From Adineta vaga (Eukaryota > Animalia > Rotifera), in NCBI GenBank assembly GCA_021613535.1, contig CP075494.1, positions 7,998,001 through 8,062,000 of the forward strand: DNA of 64,000 nucleotides, written 5' to 3'. The notes under the pieces are model-generated. The model ran no database searches and was not told the DNA's origin. It worked only from the letters and a program-made list of their open reading frames with translations. Both the position numbers and the translations under genes were made by a program. This document shows positions 1 to 12,822 of the stretch, piece after piece. Each line of letters starts with the position of its first letter. Position 1 is the stretch's first letter.

Positions 1-3000
1 AATAAGATTGAGCAGTATGAATTGTATTTCGAGCGTTTTCTACGGTTGCAGAAAGAATTGTATTGGTATGATTCGAATGATTATCAGATGATATTCTTGG
101 TTGTTCCTTGACAAGAGAAAGAGAGAAAAAAATACAAGGTTAATTTGAAGATAAGACAAGTATTGACGATTCAATTACATGAATTTGTGAGATGAAATAA
201 CCTTCTTGCTGTTGAAGTTGATTGGAAGGATTCGTACCGTCTGAAATAGATGTTTTATTGTTAAGATTAAGTATCATAAAAAATAAATAATGAAAAAAAG
301 GCGTTAAATTTATTTATTTCGTTATCAAATCTTGTTCAAAGATATAGTGATGTTTAGATGATTATTGGGAAGTGGACATTAGAAGCATGAAATAAGCAGA
401 AATTTAGCATAATTCTCATTCCTAATACAATTTGCATCTGAAGAAAGCTATCAGATATGTTCAGGGACAAATCTGAATAAGAAATTTGATTGACATTAGC
501 TGATAAATTATGCGATATTGGTAATCTAACATGTCTGATTCGTCATTTCTATTCTACTCAATTAACATCGATAGGAAAAAAACATATTCAGATTATGAAA
601 GATGTCGTTGTCACAATATTTTCTGTCAATATGGAAGAAAAAAAAACAATCAATGCAATGCATTCATTCGCTTCTCATTACTCTCAGAAGTCTAATTCTT
701 TTAGATAAAAGAATCTTTACCTGAAAATGTTCCACGAATCAATGGTGGTGAATAAACATTTTCTTGATGTACAAAACCTATTTGTGGACGATTTGGTTGT
801 ATAATAGTCGCTCTAGAAATCAAGACAGACATATTCATATCGTTTACCTTTCTTTTTTCATGAATAACTTACTTTCCTGGTGCGATAATATCTTCGATCA
901 TTGTAGATTCTTCATCAGCCATTCCGTCACGACTTGCAGTACCTTCTCGATCTTTTCTCTAGACAAAATTTCATTGTTATATTTTAGAAAGAAAACAACA
1001 AGATAATTTCACACTTTTTTCAAAATAATATCAATATAACCAGCAATTAATTGTGAGATTTGTTGACCTTCATGAGTTTGTACTGAATAATAAGCAGTTG
1101 CATAATCTCCAAAATCCTATGTTAATAAAAGTACAAACGTTAACTTTTGATCAAATCGTATTTCTTACCAATGTAAATGTATTTGGTGATGCTGTCCATC
1201 GTTTTACATGTGTTAATGGCCATACTTCTAAGAACTAAACAGATCAAACACTTCCAATCAATCCATGAATGATAAACAAATAGAATATCTTACGTCTTTT
1301 GTTCGTTCATCAACTCGAACAATCGATTCTTTCGTTACACCAAGAAGACGTGGCACAAGTTTATTTTTCCCTGCCATTTTTTCCTGAAAAATGTTTCGTT
1401 TATAAAAAGAAAAGTCTCTTCATTTTTTTTCAAATTTTAATTACTTTAACAAGAAAAAATGTCACACCATACGTTCGTAATGAACGACACAATTGAGTAT
1501 ATTTCACTTTTCCATCAAGTTCCGAAACGTTCGAATGTTTCTTATGTTCCTTCAAATAGAAAATCAATAAAATTAATATCAAATAACTACAAAAGAAAAC
1601 TTACAATAAAAATTTTTCGTTCCGCGTTTTTTGTTTTCGCATATTCTTTTGGTAATAAATCACGTATACTAAAATAATATCAATCATCAATTTCTCTCTA
1701 CGTAATCGGAAGAATCAATGTTCCGACCCACTTTTTCTTTATTGTCTCTAGAATCATTATTTAGAAAAAAAATCACTTGATTACATTAGAAACAATTCTT
1801 TTTGTTTCATTAAGTACCACCAACACCGTTGGCAATACGGGAAAGAAAATTCTAATCAACTGACAAAAATCAAATGTAAGTAGTAGATTATTCTGAATAG
1901 GAATGTTTCCGTTGATTGTAAAATTAACTCGGTTATTACACATTTGTAAAGAAATTTTTTTTTCTTTCTTTGTTTGAAATATTCTAGTACAAACAAATGA
2001 CCTTACTCGATAATCCCTGGCTTATGTTTTGATTCTTCATAATCACCAAATTGTATTTGACATTGTAAACCAGCGAATTGAATTGCTTCATCATACGTCA
2101 CTGGATGTGTTCCATCGATAATTCCATTTCGACACTAAATAATTTCATTAAAAATTCGTTTTATTTGAAAATTTATGTTATCTACTTGAACATAAAGTAA
2201 ATTTAATTGAACTGGATCACGTTGATCAATATTCGTATCGGAAAAGAAATATTTTCGTCGTAGAACAACTGTTGATTGTTCATCGATATCTTGTTGACGA
2301 AGAGTTTTTGATTGATCAAGCCATAATGCTAGAATAGACCGATTGATAATTATTTCTTAACTTTCCATTTAAACTTACTATCATCATCTGTATGACATTT
2401 TTTTCTTAATTCTTCCATTTTTTTGTCTGTTCGTTGCAATGATCGATCCTATTGAAGATTCAAACGAGTAAAAACAACAGTCTTGTTTATTATTCATATT
2501 AAATTACTCGAAGAAGAGTTGCCGTCTTCGTATTATTACTTCCATCGTCAGCTTCAAGATCATAAACTAATGAATATTCATCATAATTTGCAATGCCAAA
2601 TTTCGTACATATATAAACCATCAATTGAGCGACAATCAATGAATCATCGATAAGAATTGTTTTAACAGTACCGTCAAGTAGTCGAATTTTAAGTGGACGA
2701 TATCGATTTTTATATTCAACATGATCCTAAAGAAGAAAGAGAATTGTTTTAAAGCTTCAAGCTATTTTCTTTTTTCTTTATTTAAGCATACTCCATTTTT
2801 TAAAGGATAATAATTCAATATTTTGGTTGAATCAAGCCAATAACCTCTCGATGAATGTTGTACATCATTAACAAAAAGTCCATATTCCGATACTAAAATA
2901 GAATTTCAAAACAAAATCTTAATTTTTTTGTTTTTCATTTGATTGAAATCTCTTACGATCATTTTCAACAATAAGTGGTAGATATTGTTGAATATTATGA

Positions 3001-3128
3001 ATTATATCGCTAACAAACATTTGAACATCGAATTGCATTGAATGCACACTACTATCACGTGGAATATGGATATTTAATGTCATCATATGTCCACTCGTAT
3101 GATGATTTTCTCCATTACTTGTTACCAT
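1..3128 (-). CDS. TLN: Talin, 5' part (FERM F0-F3 head plus linker); multi-exon, continues beyond the left edge of the window
   Basis: Spliced minus-strand exons give RPLKIRLLDGTVKTILIDDS, ICTKFGIANYDEYSL, WLDQSKTLRQQDIDEQSTVVLRRKYFFSDTNIDQRDPVQLNLLYVQ, GIIDGTHPVT..A.QFAGLQCQIQFG, CRSLRTYGVTFFLVKEKMAGKNKLVPRLLGVTKES and DFGDY..YYSVQTHEGQQISQLIAGYIDIILKK, all hallmark talin-head sequence. ATG at 3128. Confidence 0.95.
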
Positions 3129-3896
3129 TTTTCTTTTATTTAACGTTGTATGTTGCTGTTCTGAGTTGTAAATTGTTCGTTTATAAACATACTTCTAAAA
3201 TCAAATGATAAAAGAAGAAATTGAATCTGATTTCAAGAATGTTTTAGAAGCGAACAATAGAGAGAACCGTCGATCGTACTGATTATTATTACTTTTACTA
3301 TTCTTTCAGGAAATCGATTCTATTGCAAATAAATGAGGAAAAAAAACGCACGCAGTAAATCAACATACACATATACAACATACTCGATCGACAATGAGAG
3401 TAGTGTATGGCCGCTATTTTGTTGCGTTCAATGGTTCAAAAGGAAGAAGAGAAGAAGAAAAAAAGAAGAAGGAAAAAAAGTCTATTCTTCTTCTTCTTCT
3501 TTTCTCTACGCCTGTTCTGTCCAGTCAACAATGAACTGCATGTTTTTTCTCTCGTTCTCTTCTATCCGTTGAGTATACTCAAGCGAATAATGACCATCGC
3601 AATGGTCAGATCGAGATGACGAGGTATACATGGCACTCAGTTGCGTTTAGTATAGCAGATGTTTAACGTATGGCTACATTCGTATGAATGATAACGATCG
3701 TTTCCTAATGAGCAATCGTCATACCATTTAGTAACGTTATTCTCATCTTGACACAATACTTCCTTTCAATGATCTTCTCTCTTTCTCTCTGTACACATAC
3801 GGAAGAAGAATTGATTCAATAAATATCTTCTTTATATTCAACAATCAATAACAATACATGAACTTAATCGAAAAAGAAAAGAAAACTAACTAGGTT

Positions 3897-5309
3897 CTAA
3901 TTCATCACAGTCAAATATCGATGTAATAACTCCATATGTTCATTCGGTTCATCATTGAACCATTGTTGACGTATATTTAATCGAATTTCTTCGTTATCTA
4001 TTAATATATAAGCTATCATTGCTTTTTCGTAATGAATTTTTTGAAAATTTTGAAAATGAAATTTTCTCCATATGGACTTTCTTATCAACCAATTGTCTTG
4101 AATACATCGAATAACATCTTTTTCATTCATATCAAATGTTAATAAATTCGTTAAGAATAATTTCCATCCATGTACATCATTTCTATTCTTGTCATAATCG
4201 AAATAATCAAATAATCGATCAAATATTTCAATAAAATTTCCAATTGTTTGACAGTAAATTAATACATACGGAGATGAACTTGGATCTAATTCGATTAATC
4301 TCTTCAATATACTTAAATTTGAATCAAACCAATAATGATATTTATATGCATTGATATATGTTGAATGTTGTTGAATATATACTTGAAGAATCGATGGAAT
4401 TTGTTCAACATTTGTATCCGTAATATAAAGAAAATATAGATATTTCAATAGATATATATCATAATTATCGAAATATTCATTGGATAGAAATTGAATTTCA
4501 TGAAAATTTGTTGTTAATTTAAATGTCCATAATTCTAAATCACGTTCATTTTCAATAAGAACTTTAATTGAATTGAAAAATGGATTGATATTTGTTTGAA
4601 ATAAACCATAATCATGTAACCATTGTTGATAATCATATAAAAAATGAAGATTATTGAGCATTAATTGTTCAAATTTTGGATTATATTTAGAAATATATGA
4701 AACATGTTTACATCGACCGGAATAGAATGGTGGTGGAAGACTTTTATAACTTGTTTCAATATCATGATAGAGATGGATGGTTTCAGGATTCAATAAATTC
4801 AAACAAAGATAAGAATAGAATGTTTGAGTTCGATTAATTGTTGGTGAATGAAATAAGATTTCGAATATTTGTAATAGAAATGAACTATCAATTTGATTAT
4901 TATCATGCAAATGTTCAATTAAATAACGAAAAATTAATTGCCAATAGAGACGCATATAAGCTCGACAAAAAGATGATTGAAGAAGTGATTTTAAGTATGG
5001 TAAAATTTTTGTCCATTGATGTTTCATCGAATAATGACGTAGAGTTAATAGTAATGAACGAATTTGATCATCATGATGAATAGTAATTAATTGTTCAAGA
5101 CGAGTAAATGGTTTACCATTGGAATAGAGACGATTGGATGAGATTAAACCGGTATAGATATCAGATTGATATCGACCGGATGATTTGGTTCGACATGGAA
5201 TGTGAGTTGATAAAGAAAGTAAATTGAGCTCATCATTCTCGAGAAAAGATATTTCTGATGATGATGACGATGATGATGATGATATTGAACGATGAAGACG
5301 TTTCGTCAT
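3897..5309 (-). CDS. TAF1A: TAF1A/TAFI48-like RNA polymerase I SL1 subunit (470 aa, single exon)
   Basis: Intact 470-aa helical ORF. C-terminal motifs FDYFDYDKNRNDVHGWKLF, NWLIRKSIWRKFHF and EKAMIAYIL parallel, in order and spacing, the recalled TAF1A segments (LDFAGC..N..AWKYL / WNSRKNWWPGFHF / EKAFVAGLL). Also KHQW near the N-terminus, NAYKYHY and LIELDPS. Confidence 0.7.
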   Translation of the reverse strand: MTKRLHRSISSSSSSSSSEISFLENDELNLLSLSTHIPCRTKSSGRYQSDIYTGLISSNRLYSNGKPFTRLEQLITIHHDDQIRSLLLTLRHYSMKHQWTKILPYLKSLLQSSFCRAYMRLYWQLIFRYLIEHLHDNNQIDSSFLLQIFEILFHSPTINRTQTFYSYLCLNLLNPETIHLYHDIETSYKSLPPPFYSGRCKHVSYISKYNPKFEQLMLNNLHFLYDYQQWLHDYGLFQTNINPFFNSIKVLIENERDLELWTFKLTTNFHEIQFLSNEYFDNYDIYLLKYLYFLYITDTNVEQIPSILQVYIQQHSTYINAYKYHYWFDSNLSILKRLIELDPSSSPYVLIYCQTIGNFIEIFDRLFDYFDYDKNRNDVHGWKLFLTNLLTFDMNEKDVIRCIQDNWLIRKSIWRKFHFQNFQKIHYEKAMIAYILIDNEEIRLNIRQQWFNDEPNEHMELLHRYLTVMN

Positions 5310-8300
5310 GAGAGAAAGAAAATCTATAAAAGGCCTATCACTCAGATATATTGCAAACGGATCATTGAATTATTCATATTGTTTAGTCGCGCATGAAAAA
5401 CAAAAGTGTCTAATTTCAAATGAAATCTTACCTCATTGAAAATTTCTTTGTCGACAACCATGAGAATTTACATATAAGAAATAGTGTAAACTGAGAACTA
5501 ATGTAGAATAAGAATAACAATAGGAGATAGATAAACAAGCATTTGTTTTTAAGAATGAGAAGAAAAAGAAAAAGCATAAGATTTTTTCTAATATTGTTCT
5601 TGATTGATATGCTTGTTTGTATTAATAGAAATAGATTCACTCAAATCAAATTATTCTATGTATTATTGCTGCTTTCATCTGTCAAATAGACAAAAGAAAA
5701 AGAGAAGAGAAGTTAACTATCTTGAATAATATAATATGAAGTATATAAACAAAAGTGAATGATATACAATTTGATTAGTTCTTAAATGAAACATAATCAT
5801 CCGATTAAATAATAACACTATCTTTCCATGAACGACAGATAAACTTCAGATATATATTGTTCTCAATCAATTCTTATGTAAATAATATCTGATTTTTTTA
5901 ATCATTGGAACATATGTGTGATGAACATGTTCAGCAAGTCTTGAGGGATAGAATATAAACCATATGCTCTATGTTCATTCTCCTTCTTCTTCTTCTTCTT
6001 CTTTCCTAATAAACGAGCAGGAAGGATCACCTATTGCAATATTTGCATGCAATCTAAATCACGAACTTTTCTTTTAACTATATTACCATCATGTAACTCT
6101 GGATATTTGATCCTATTGATGAGTTTCATTGAAGATGTAATCTTCCTTTTGTTTGTATATCAAACGATACGAATACTAACACTAGTTAGAAATCTTTAAT
6201 GACAAGTTATTCAACAAGATTACTATTTCTATTGAGATTTTCCTTATCATTTATTCGCGGAAGAAGTTCACCTGCTAACTGTCAATATTAACATATTGTA
6301 CATACGATTGTTATCTTTGAATAACATCGATTCTAAGTAGAAGAAAAAACTTGCACATGATGTTCTAAATCGAGTTAATTGAGTCGATTTTAACAGCAGC
6401 ACTTGACGGTTCAGCTTTTCATTTCATTTCCAATTAGTTAGGCAATTTTCACTAGTTAAAAGCATGAACCAACGAATACTAATTAATTAGAGAAAATTTA
6501 TTTTGAAAATTCAAAAAAATCAATTTTCTCTAATTAAATATTTCGATAAAATGAACAAAAATAAATGAAATTTTTATAGATGGCGTTGGTATCGGTGGAG
6601 AAGTTTTCAATTTTATGATCCACAGATTTAGCATTATTGACTGGAACAATGATCGATCGATCCAAACAAGATATTGTGTTGAAATTAATTGTTAACTTTT
6701 AGCAAGAATTCTTTTGCCTTGTTTTGGTATGTGAAATTGACAGAAGAAACAAGTTCTCATATTGATGTACTAACGAACAGACGTTACTGTCACATAAATA
6801 AGAAATAATTGTAAGTTCGCAGAGCGAGCAAGCGTATTCTAGGTCGCTTATTATATATAACCGTTCTTGATATCACATGGTGAACAGCAACATATTTGGT
6901 GAAGTCATTACGCATAATGGTAGGATGAAAACTGCTTATATTTTCGAGAAGTTTCCAGTTACGTGATAAAAAACTCAAAAAAAGAGCTTTTTTTTAAAAA
7001 ATAGTTCAAAACACAGCCAACAGCTATTGCTGTCAGAAGTTAATATAATAAAGAGATAGAGACCATACACTTCATTTCACTCAAGATATACTAACGTTAT
7101 TCTAACGACATCGTAAAGAAGGCTTAAAGAAATAAAGTTTAATGAATCTTTTATTTTTCTAGCGACTCCGACTAAGAAAGAAGCAGAAACAGTAAATGTT
7201 TCTATGATGTCAAAACGCATATTTTGACATATTAAGAATTTTCTGTTCTTTTTTAATAAATGAATTTGCAAGCATTCATTCGAAAAATCTTGTTTTCTTT
7301 CACGCTAAAACGTTAAATCTTCACTACGTGTACAACTGAATAGTTTCTTCAAAAGATTAGAAAATTTTGTAGCACCACAATTCTAAACATTATCACCCAC
7401 ACTCTAACTTTTTGTATTTAAAGTTATACATTGAAAACAAATAACATTCTTCCAATATCAATCGGTTTAGTAAATGCATTACTTTTCTTATGAAATGATT
7501 AGTTTTATATAGACACTGGTCTGCAATATGGAAATCCAATAACCAAAAATGATTCCATCTTGCAGTTAGAAAAGAAAGCACAAAGGAATATTAGTTAGAG
7601 CTTTCGAATGACGATAAATATCTTGAATAATCAGGAAGAAAAATCTATTTATTCCATCTGAATGCTTATTTGTTAGTAAACATTTTATTTATATTTTTTC
7701 GCTTACATGCGATGGCAATGAAAGTCTATGTATAGACCGAGAAAATCTTTCAAAATTTGAATTTCATCTGTCTATTATCTTCAATTTATAAAAAAAATAG
7801 TGCTCGTCATTAGTAGAGTGTATATCAGCAACGATATTGCTGTTCCTTATAGGCGAGGTACTGTTTTCTTGTCTAACTCTTTTTTTCTTCCTTCTGTTCT
7901 TGCTTTTCTGGAGTTTTTCTGCAGACATGACCTAGTTACGATTGGTCTTCTAGAATTCACTCTCTTTCTTTTTTTTCTATTCGCCTCTTCCGCCATCGCA
8001 GTAGTAGTAGTAGCAGCAGTTTACAACAAGAATGAATATGCATCCTGCTCAGCTATGACAAACAGTTCTTTTTATATATAGACAACAAATTTTTTTTCTT
8101 TCCTATGGTTATTTTCCTACTTGACTTCAGTTTGCCTATTATATCAATCCGATGATTTATCGACGAATATCAATGTTTTTTCACTATATATATCTAATAT
8201 TTAATTAACGTAGAACATCTTTTTCTAGTTAAGGCATAAAAACTATAGTATAGAAATCTTATTCCAACTAATTTCTTGTTTTTATTTATTCTCTGAGAGA

Positions 8301-8938
8301 AAATGTCCTTGTAGCAGTGAAATCCTAGAATGTTTGCCATCGAAGAAAATATTCTAGAACATACGATGATCTTTTTTGTTTTTATTTTAATATTACTCGA
8401 GCAATTTATACTACAATACGTACTAGTCTTTTTCTTTTATTTATCATTGATTTTATACTATACTATTGACGTCATTATAGACGCAAAGCTTAATACATAT
8501 GTATAAACAATTTTTTTGTAATTCTTTTGCGATGTCTGCATATAGAATCTGTACGTGAGCAGGCATGTAGATTATGTTTTCTTAGACCTAACGAAATGAA
8601 TATGGAAACTACGCAAAATTCTTTTATGCAGATTATTGTTTGTTTTTAGATAATCTACTTTCTAATCCTATATCTGCTTTTTCTAAATAGTAAACGTCGT
8701 ATTCAGTTTTTTTGTAGAAAATAACTCATAATTATTTCTTTAATAGATATACACAATCAATCGTAAGATCGTGAATGGTCTGCTACTTGAATTGTTTTTT
8801 TAAGTGTACGTTGATTTTTATTCGATTATGTTAAATATAATCGAACAATGACATCATTTGCTTTCAATTTCTTTTTTTTTCTTCATATACTTCAAAGGTA
8901 TTATGTAATCGTTCTGTTTTTTAGATTGTTAAAAAAAA

Positions 8939-9987
8939 ATGGAACATGATCATTTATGTCGATGGATGTATTTCTTATCAATCATTTCATGTGAGATATT
9001 TATTTTCTTTATATGATTAATGAAAATGTTTTGATTAATTAAGGCATGCTGTTATTTTCCTTAACGGAAAGTAAAGGATTTGGTGGCGGTCGTGGCGGTA
9101 TCAAAGGTGGTTCACGAGGAGCAGGAACGTTCAGTGGAGGTTCAAGTTATAGTCGAGGTAGTTATAAGGCCCCAAGTCAATCGTAAGTGATATCATTATC
9201 TTTCATTTGTTACTTGAATTTAGTTCTTTTGTTTGATATTTCTAGTCGATCTGGAAGTAGTTTCAAAAGTAATGCTATGAGTTTTGCTGCTGGAGCTGCT
9301 GGGGGCGTCGCAGCATATTCATTGATGAGATCAATGTCTGGATCATATCGTAGTCGATCTGACGGTTATTATGGTCCAGGTTATGGAGGTAAGAATTTGA
9401 TTTGATTAAAAAAAATCTTTTGAAACAAATCATTATTTTATATCAGTTGGAGAAACGTGTGTAAATAATCAAGATATGAATGGAACTACTTTTGGAACAT
9501 TTCGTTGTCCACTTTATGGATTTTCTCAAAATGCTAGACATTGTTGTGGTGATTATGGTGAACAATTCTGTTGTCAACGTGAAGGAAACAGGTTAGAGTT
9601 TTGGAATAATCAATATCTCAACATCATTTGATTCTTTTAGTTTTTATCGACGTAGTAGTGCTCATTTTGGATGGATCGTGTTAGCCATTGCCATTCTCCT
9701 TCTTATAATTCTCTTATGGGCTCGACGTCGACGACAACAAAGTATGTTAATAGAATTTATCTTTTAGCCTACCTATGATCATTAATTTTGTCTTTATAGA
9801 AGATATAGTTATGGTTCCAACAGAACCACCACCAATGAATCAATCATCACCATTCTATAATCCACCACCACCTCCAATGGGTTATCCATCACCACCGGCA
9901 GGAAATCCATATGCATATCCACCACAGAATCTACCAGGAAATTTTAATCCATATGCACCACCACCACAACCATTCAAATCATATTAA
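8939..9987 (+). CDS. Shisa-like single-pass membrane protein (signal peptide, Gly/Arg-rich region, Cys-rich ectodomain, TM helix, Pro/Tyr-rich tail); 6 exons
   Basis: In-frame splicing: MEHDHLCRWMYFLSIISCMLLFSLTES-KGFGGGRGG...AAGAAGGVAAY...ETCVNNQDMNGTTFGTFRCPLYGFSQNARHCCGDYGEQFCC...FGWIVLAIAILLLIILLWARRRRQQ...PPPMGYPSPP. The C..C..CCG....CC pattern followed by TM and a PY-rich tail is the Shisa/Shisa-like layout. Confidence 0.8.
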
Positions 9988-10667
9988 TTTACAAGAAAGT
10001 AAGTCAAGCATGAATACTTTTTCGAGAGAGAGAGAGAATATGCATAAAATGTTGCACAGTTCCTGTGAACGAATAGACAAACTTTGATGGTTGTCAGAAT
10101 AACTTTTCTTTTTGTAAAAATGTCAATTTATTAGTATTCTTTTATATTTAGATAGTGAATAGAATATGAATGATGTTCTATATTCATTAAGAAAGAATGA
10201 TTGACAAATTGTAAATGTCACGGAATCTTATTAATATCATTTTCAAATCTTTTATTTTTTGTCTGTATATTCATCAGTGATTTGATATTTTAAGCATGCT
10301 TTTTATGTATTGTATATATATGTATGTCTACGATTTGTTAATGTTGTTATTTTTCCTCGAAAAAAATATACTATCATTTAATCAAGAAATAAACGTGATC
10401 TTCTGTATAGATTTATTTCAATCAATACTATTCAAAGAGTGGCGTAGAAAAGTTAGATCTAAAACTACTCGATGCCTTCATATATTCCATTCTTAAGTTT
10501 ATCACTTGGATAGCAATCTGGAATGTCCTTTTCAATTTGACAACAGCGAGCTTCTTTTGAAAAAATATAATGGTAAAGGTAGACATCCTTTTTGGTATAA
10601 TTCATTAATTTCTTAGTAGTTGAAAATCTCTCACATTACTGTCTGTCAAATCCTTTCGGAGGATATT

Positions 10668-10689
10668 TATATATATATATATATATATA
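10668..10689. repeat. (TA)n microsatellite
   Basis: Uninterrupted TA run read directly; similar runs at ~30306-30325, ~34708-34722 and ~44053-44072. Confidence 0.9.
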
Positions 10690-10913
10690 GAAAAATAATG
10701 ATCTTCTCTCTAATTGATATCATCTCACTTGTGTATAACAAAGTATGGGAAAGATAGGTAGTATAATTAGTTTGTATTAAAGTACATGGTAATAGTAGTC
10801 AACTAAAGTATCATGAATGTCAGAGTCTAAACAAGAACATGCCCGCATTTTTTAGACGTTATTTATATTTATATTTGTATTATTAAAAGAGAATATACAT
10901 ATATATCATATAA

Positions 10914-12300
10914 TTACACACGAATAGCATACGGAACTACTTGACTTTTTTCAGTCAATTGATCGTCACGTGAAGTTATCGGTATCTTTTTCATTGCTGA
11001 TCGTCGACAAGTCATTGTTGACTCATGATTTGACCGAAATGAAATAGGTTGTGAACGATTCGGTAATGCTGCTGCTGTAATCAATGTACTACTTGGTTGT
11101 GTTAAAGATGTTAATGAGACAACTGACTTATACGTCATATGCACATCAACTTGTCTCCATATTCGAATAATTTTATTTAATTCACGTTCATAGTCATTTT
11201 TATCGGTTTTATTAGGTAAAATATCTAAAACTTTCCAATTGATTGTTAAAAATGATTTCAAATCATGAATAATCGGTAAACCAATTCGAACACGTAGGAC
11301 TTTATGACCATATCGTTGATATGAACAAATGAAATCATCGATAAGATCAGAGAGATGTTCGTATTTTCCATCCAAAGTTTTATATGCTAGATCTTCGCGA
11401 CGACTTAAACCTAATGCACCATAGAATTGTTGATATTTAACACCGAGAACAACATGACGATAGATAACTGAATTGAAACGAGTCTTGAATGATATATTGA
11501 AACGATCAAGACCAATAATTCCAGTCGTTAAATATAATGCAATTAGAAATGCTTCAAAACATTTGATTGGTAATGCTTCTGTCATCCTAAAAAAACGGAT
11601 TTTTCTCTATATTAAAGTAAATTCTTACAAGTAAATGTCTTACATCTGGCGAGTCGTATCCATGAGTCCATATATTGATCGAGCAGGATTTAGATCGAAA
11701 AACTGCATGCCAGTATAGTTATATTCCAAACGATAAATATAATTTTGTATTTGTTGTAATTTTTCATGAACTTTTAGACGAGAACTAGAAGCGGTGTGAT
11801 ATGGTGGATCAGGATGAGATTTGGGCGGATAATTGATAACTTTATCACGTAGTGTTTGAATTTCGTTTTCATCTATGAAAATATATGTGATGTTCAGTGG
11901 AAAAACAAATAACTAACAAACAGAAAAGCTATACCAAAAGTGCAAGTGGATTGTAATTTCTATTTATAATCTCGTTTTTACATGTTATCATTGTTGTGAT
12001 GAAGAAAAAACAACTTTTTTTCAACTGTGTACAATATGATTGCATTATTTCCTTCATTCTCAAAACATATGATTACGGTATATTTAAAATCTACATTTTC
12101 GCTAAAAATGATTCTCTTGAGACTCACAGACTTCAAATGCTCGTCGGTAACCAATACCTACGTTTTGGATATTGTTCCTTGCAAAATGTCCACATACGAT
12201 CATTACATCTTTCTGATAATGGTAAACCATCTCGATTTACAAAATATAAAATAGTATCGCCACTTCGCATCGTATCATAGCCGCATGTACTTGCCGCCAT
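10914..12300 (-). CDS. VASH: Vasohibin (tubulinyl-Tyr carboxypeptidase), 3 exons
   Basis: FVNRDGLP, IQNYIYRLEYNYTGMQFF, EALPIKCFEA (catalytic Cys), RFNISFKT, YRHVVLG (catalytic His), GALGLSRREDLAYK; ATG at 12300. Confidence 0.95.
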
Positions 12301-12736
12301 CGATAATCAAACAGAACTGTCAAGGTTTTCAACAACAGCAACAAAAATAAACTACGCACTAATGATGCAATAGAAAAACAATCTTTTCAAAGCAACTATT
12401 GCCAACATCTAGAAAATAAGTGAAAAAATATCTCAAAATTGTTTTCTTCTAACGAACAAAACAATTCTGATAAAACACCTGATTGTCAATCATTTGAAAA
12501 CAAGCTTCCTTGGTGATCCTTTATATACATATATAAATAAACATTACTAAAAACATAGAGGGCAGTATTATCACTTCAGATGTATAGCGTATAAAGAAAT
12601 AGTTCTATATTGTTTGAAAACGACTTAATTCGTATTCGAATTAAGTGAAACTATTTATTATTGAAGATAAACTGGACAGATTTAATTCGTTTGGTTTTTA
12701 TGTTTGAAAAATCATGGAAAGGTAAGATACTGTGTA

Positions 12737-12754
12737 TGTGTGTGTGTGTGTGTG
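12737..12754. repeat. (TG)n microsatellite
   Basis: Read directly, just downstream of the SLC7 stop codon. Confidence 0.85.
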
Positions 12755-12822
12755 TTCAGAAGAAAAATAAAACAATCCATTTAATCTACTGTGAGAAAAC
12801 AAAAGTATTTTGATTTTAAATA

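Noticed and set aside
5400-8900. Short ORFs and a coding-looking patch near 6580-6790
   Set aside because: Stops in all frames, no recognisable motif and no consistent exon chain; treated as intergenic.
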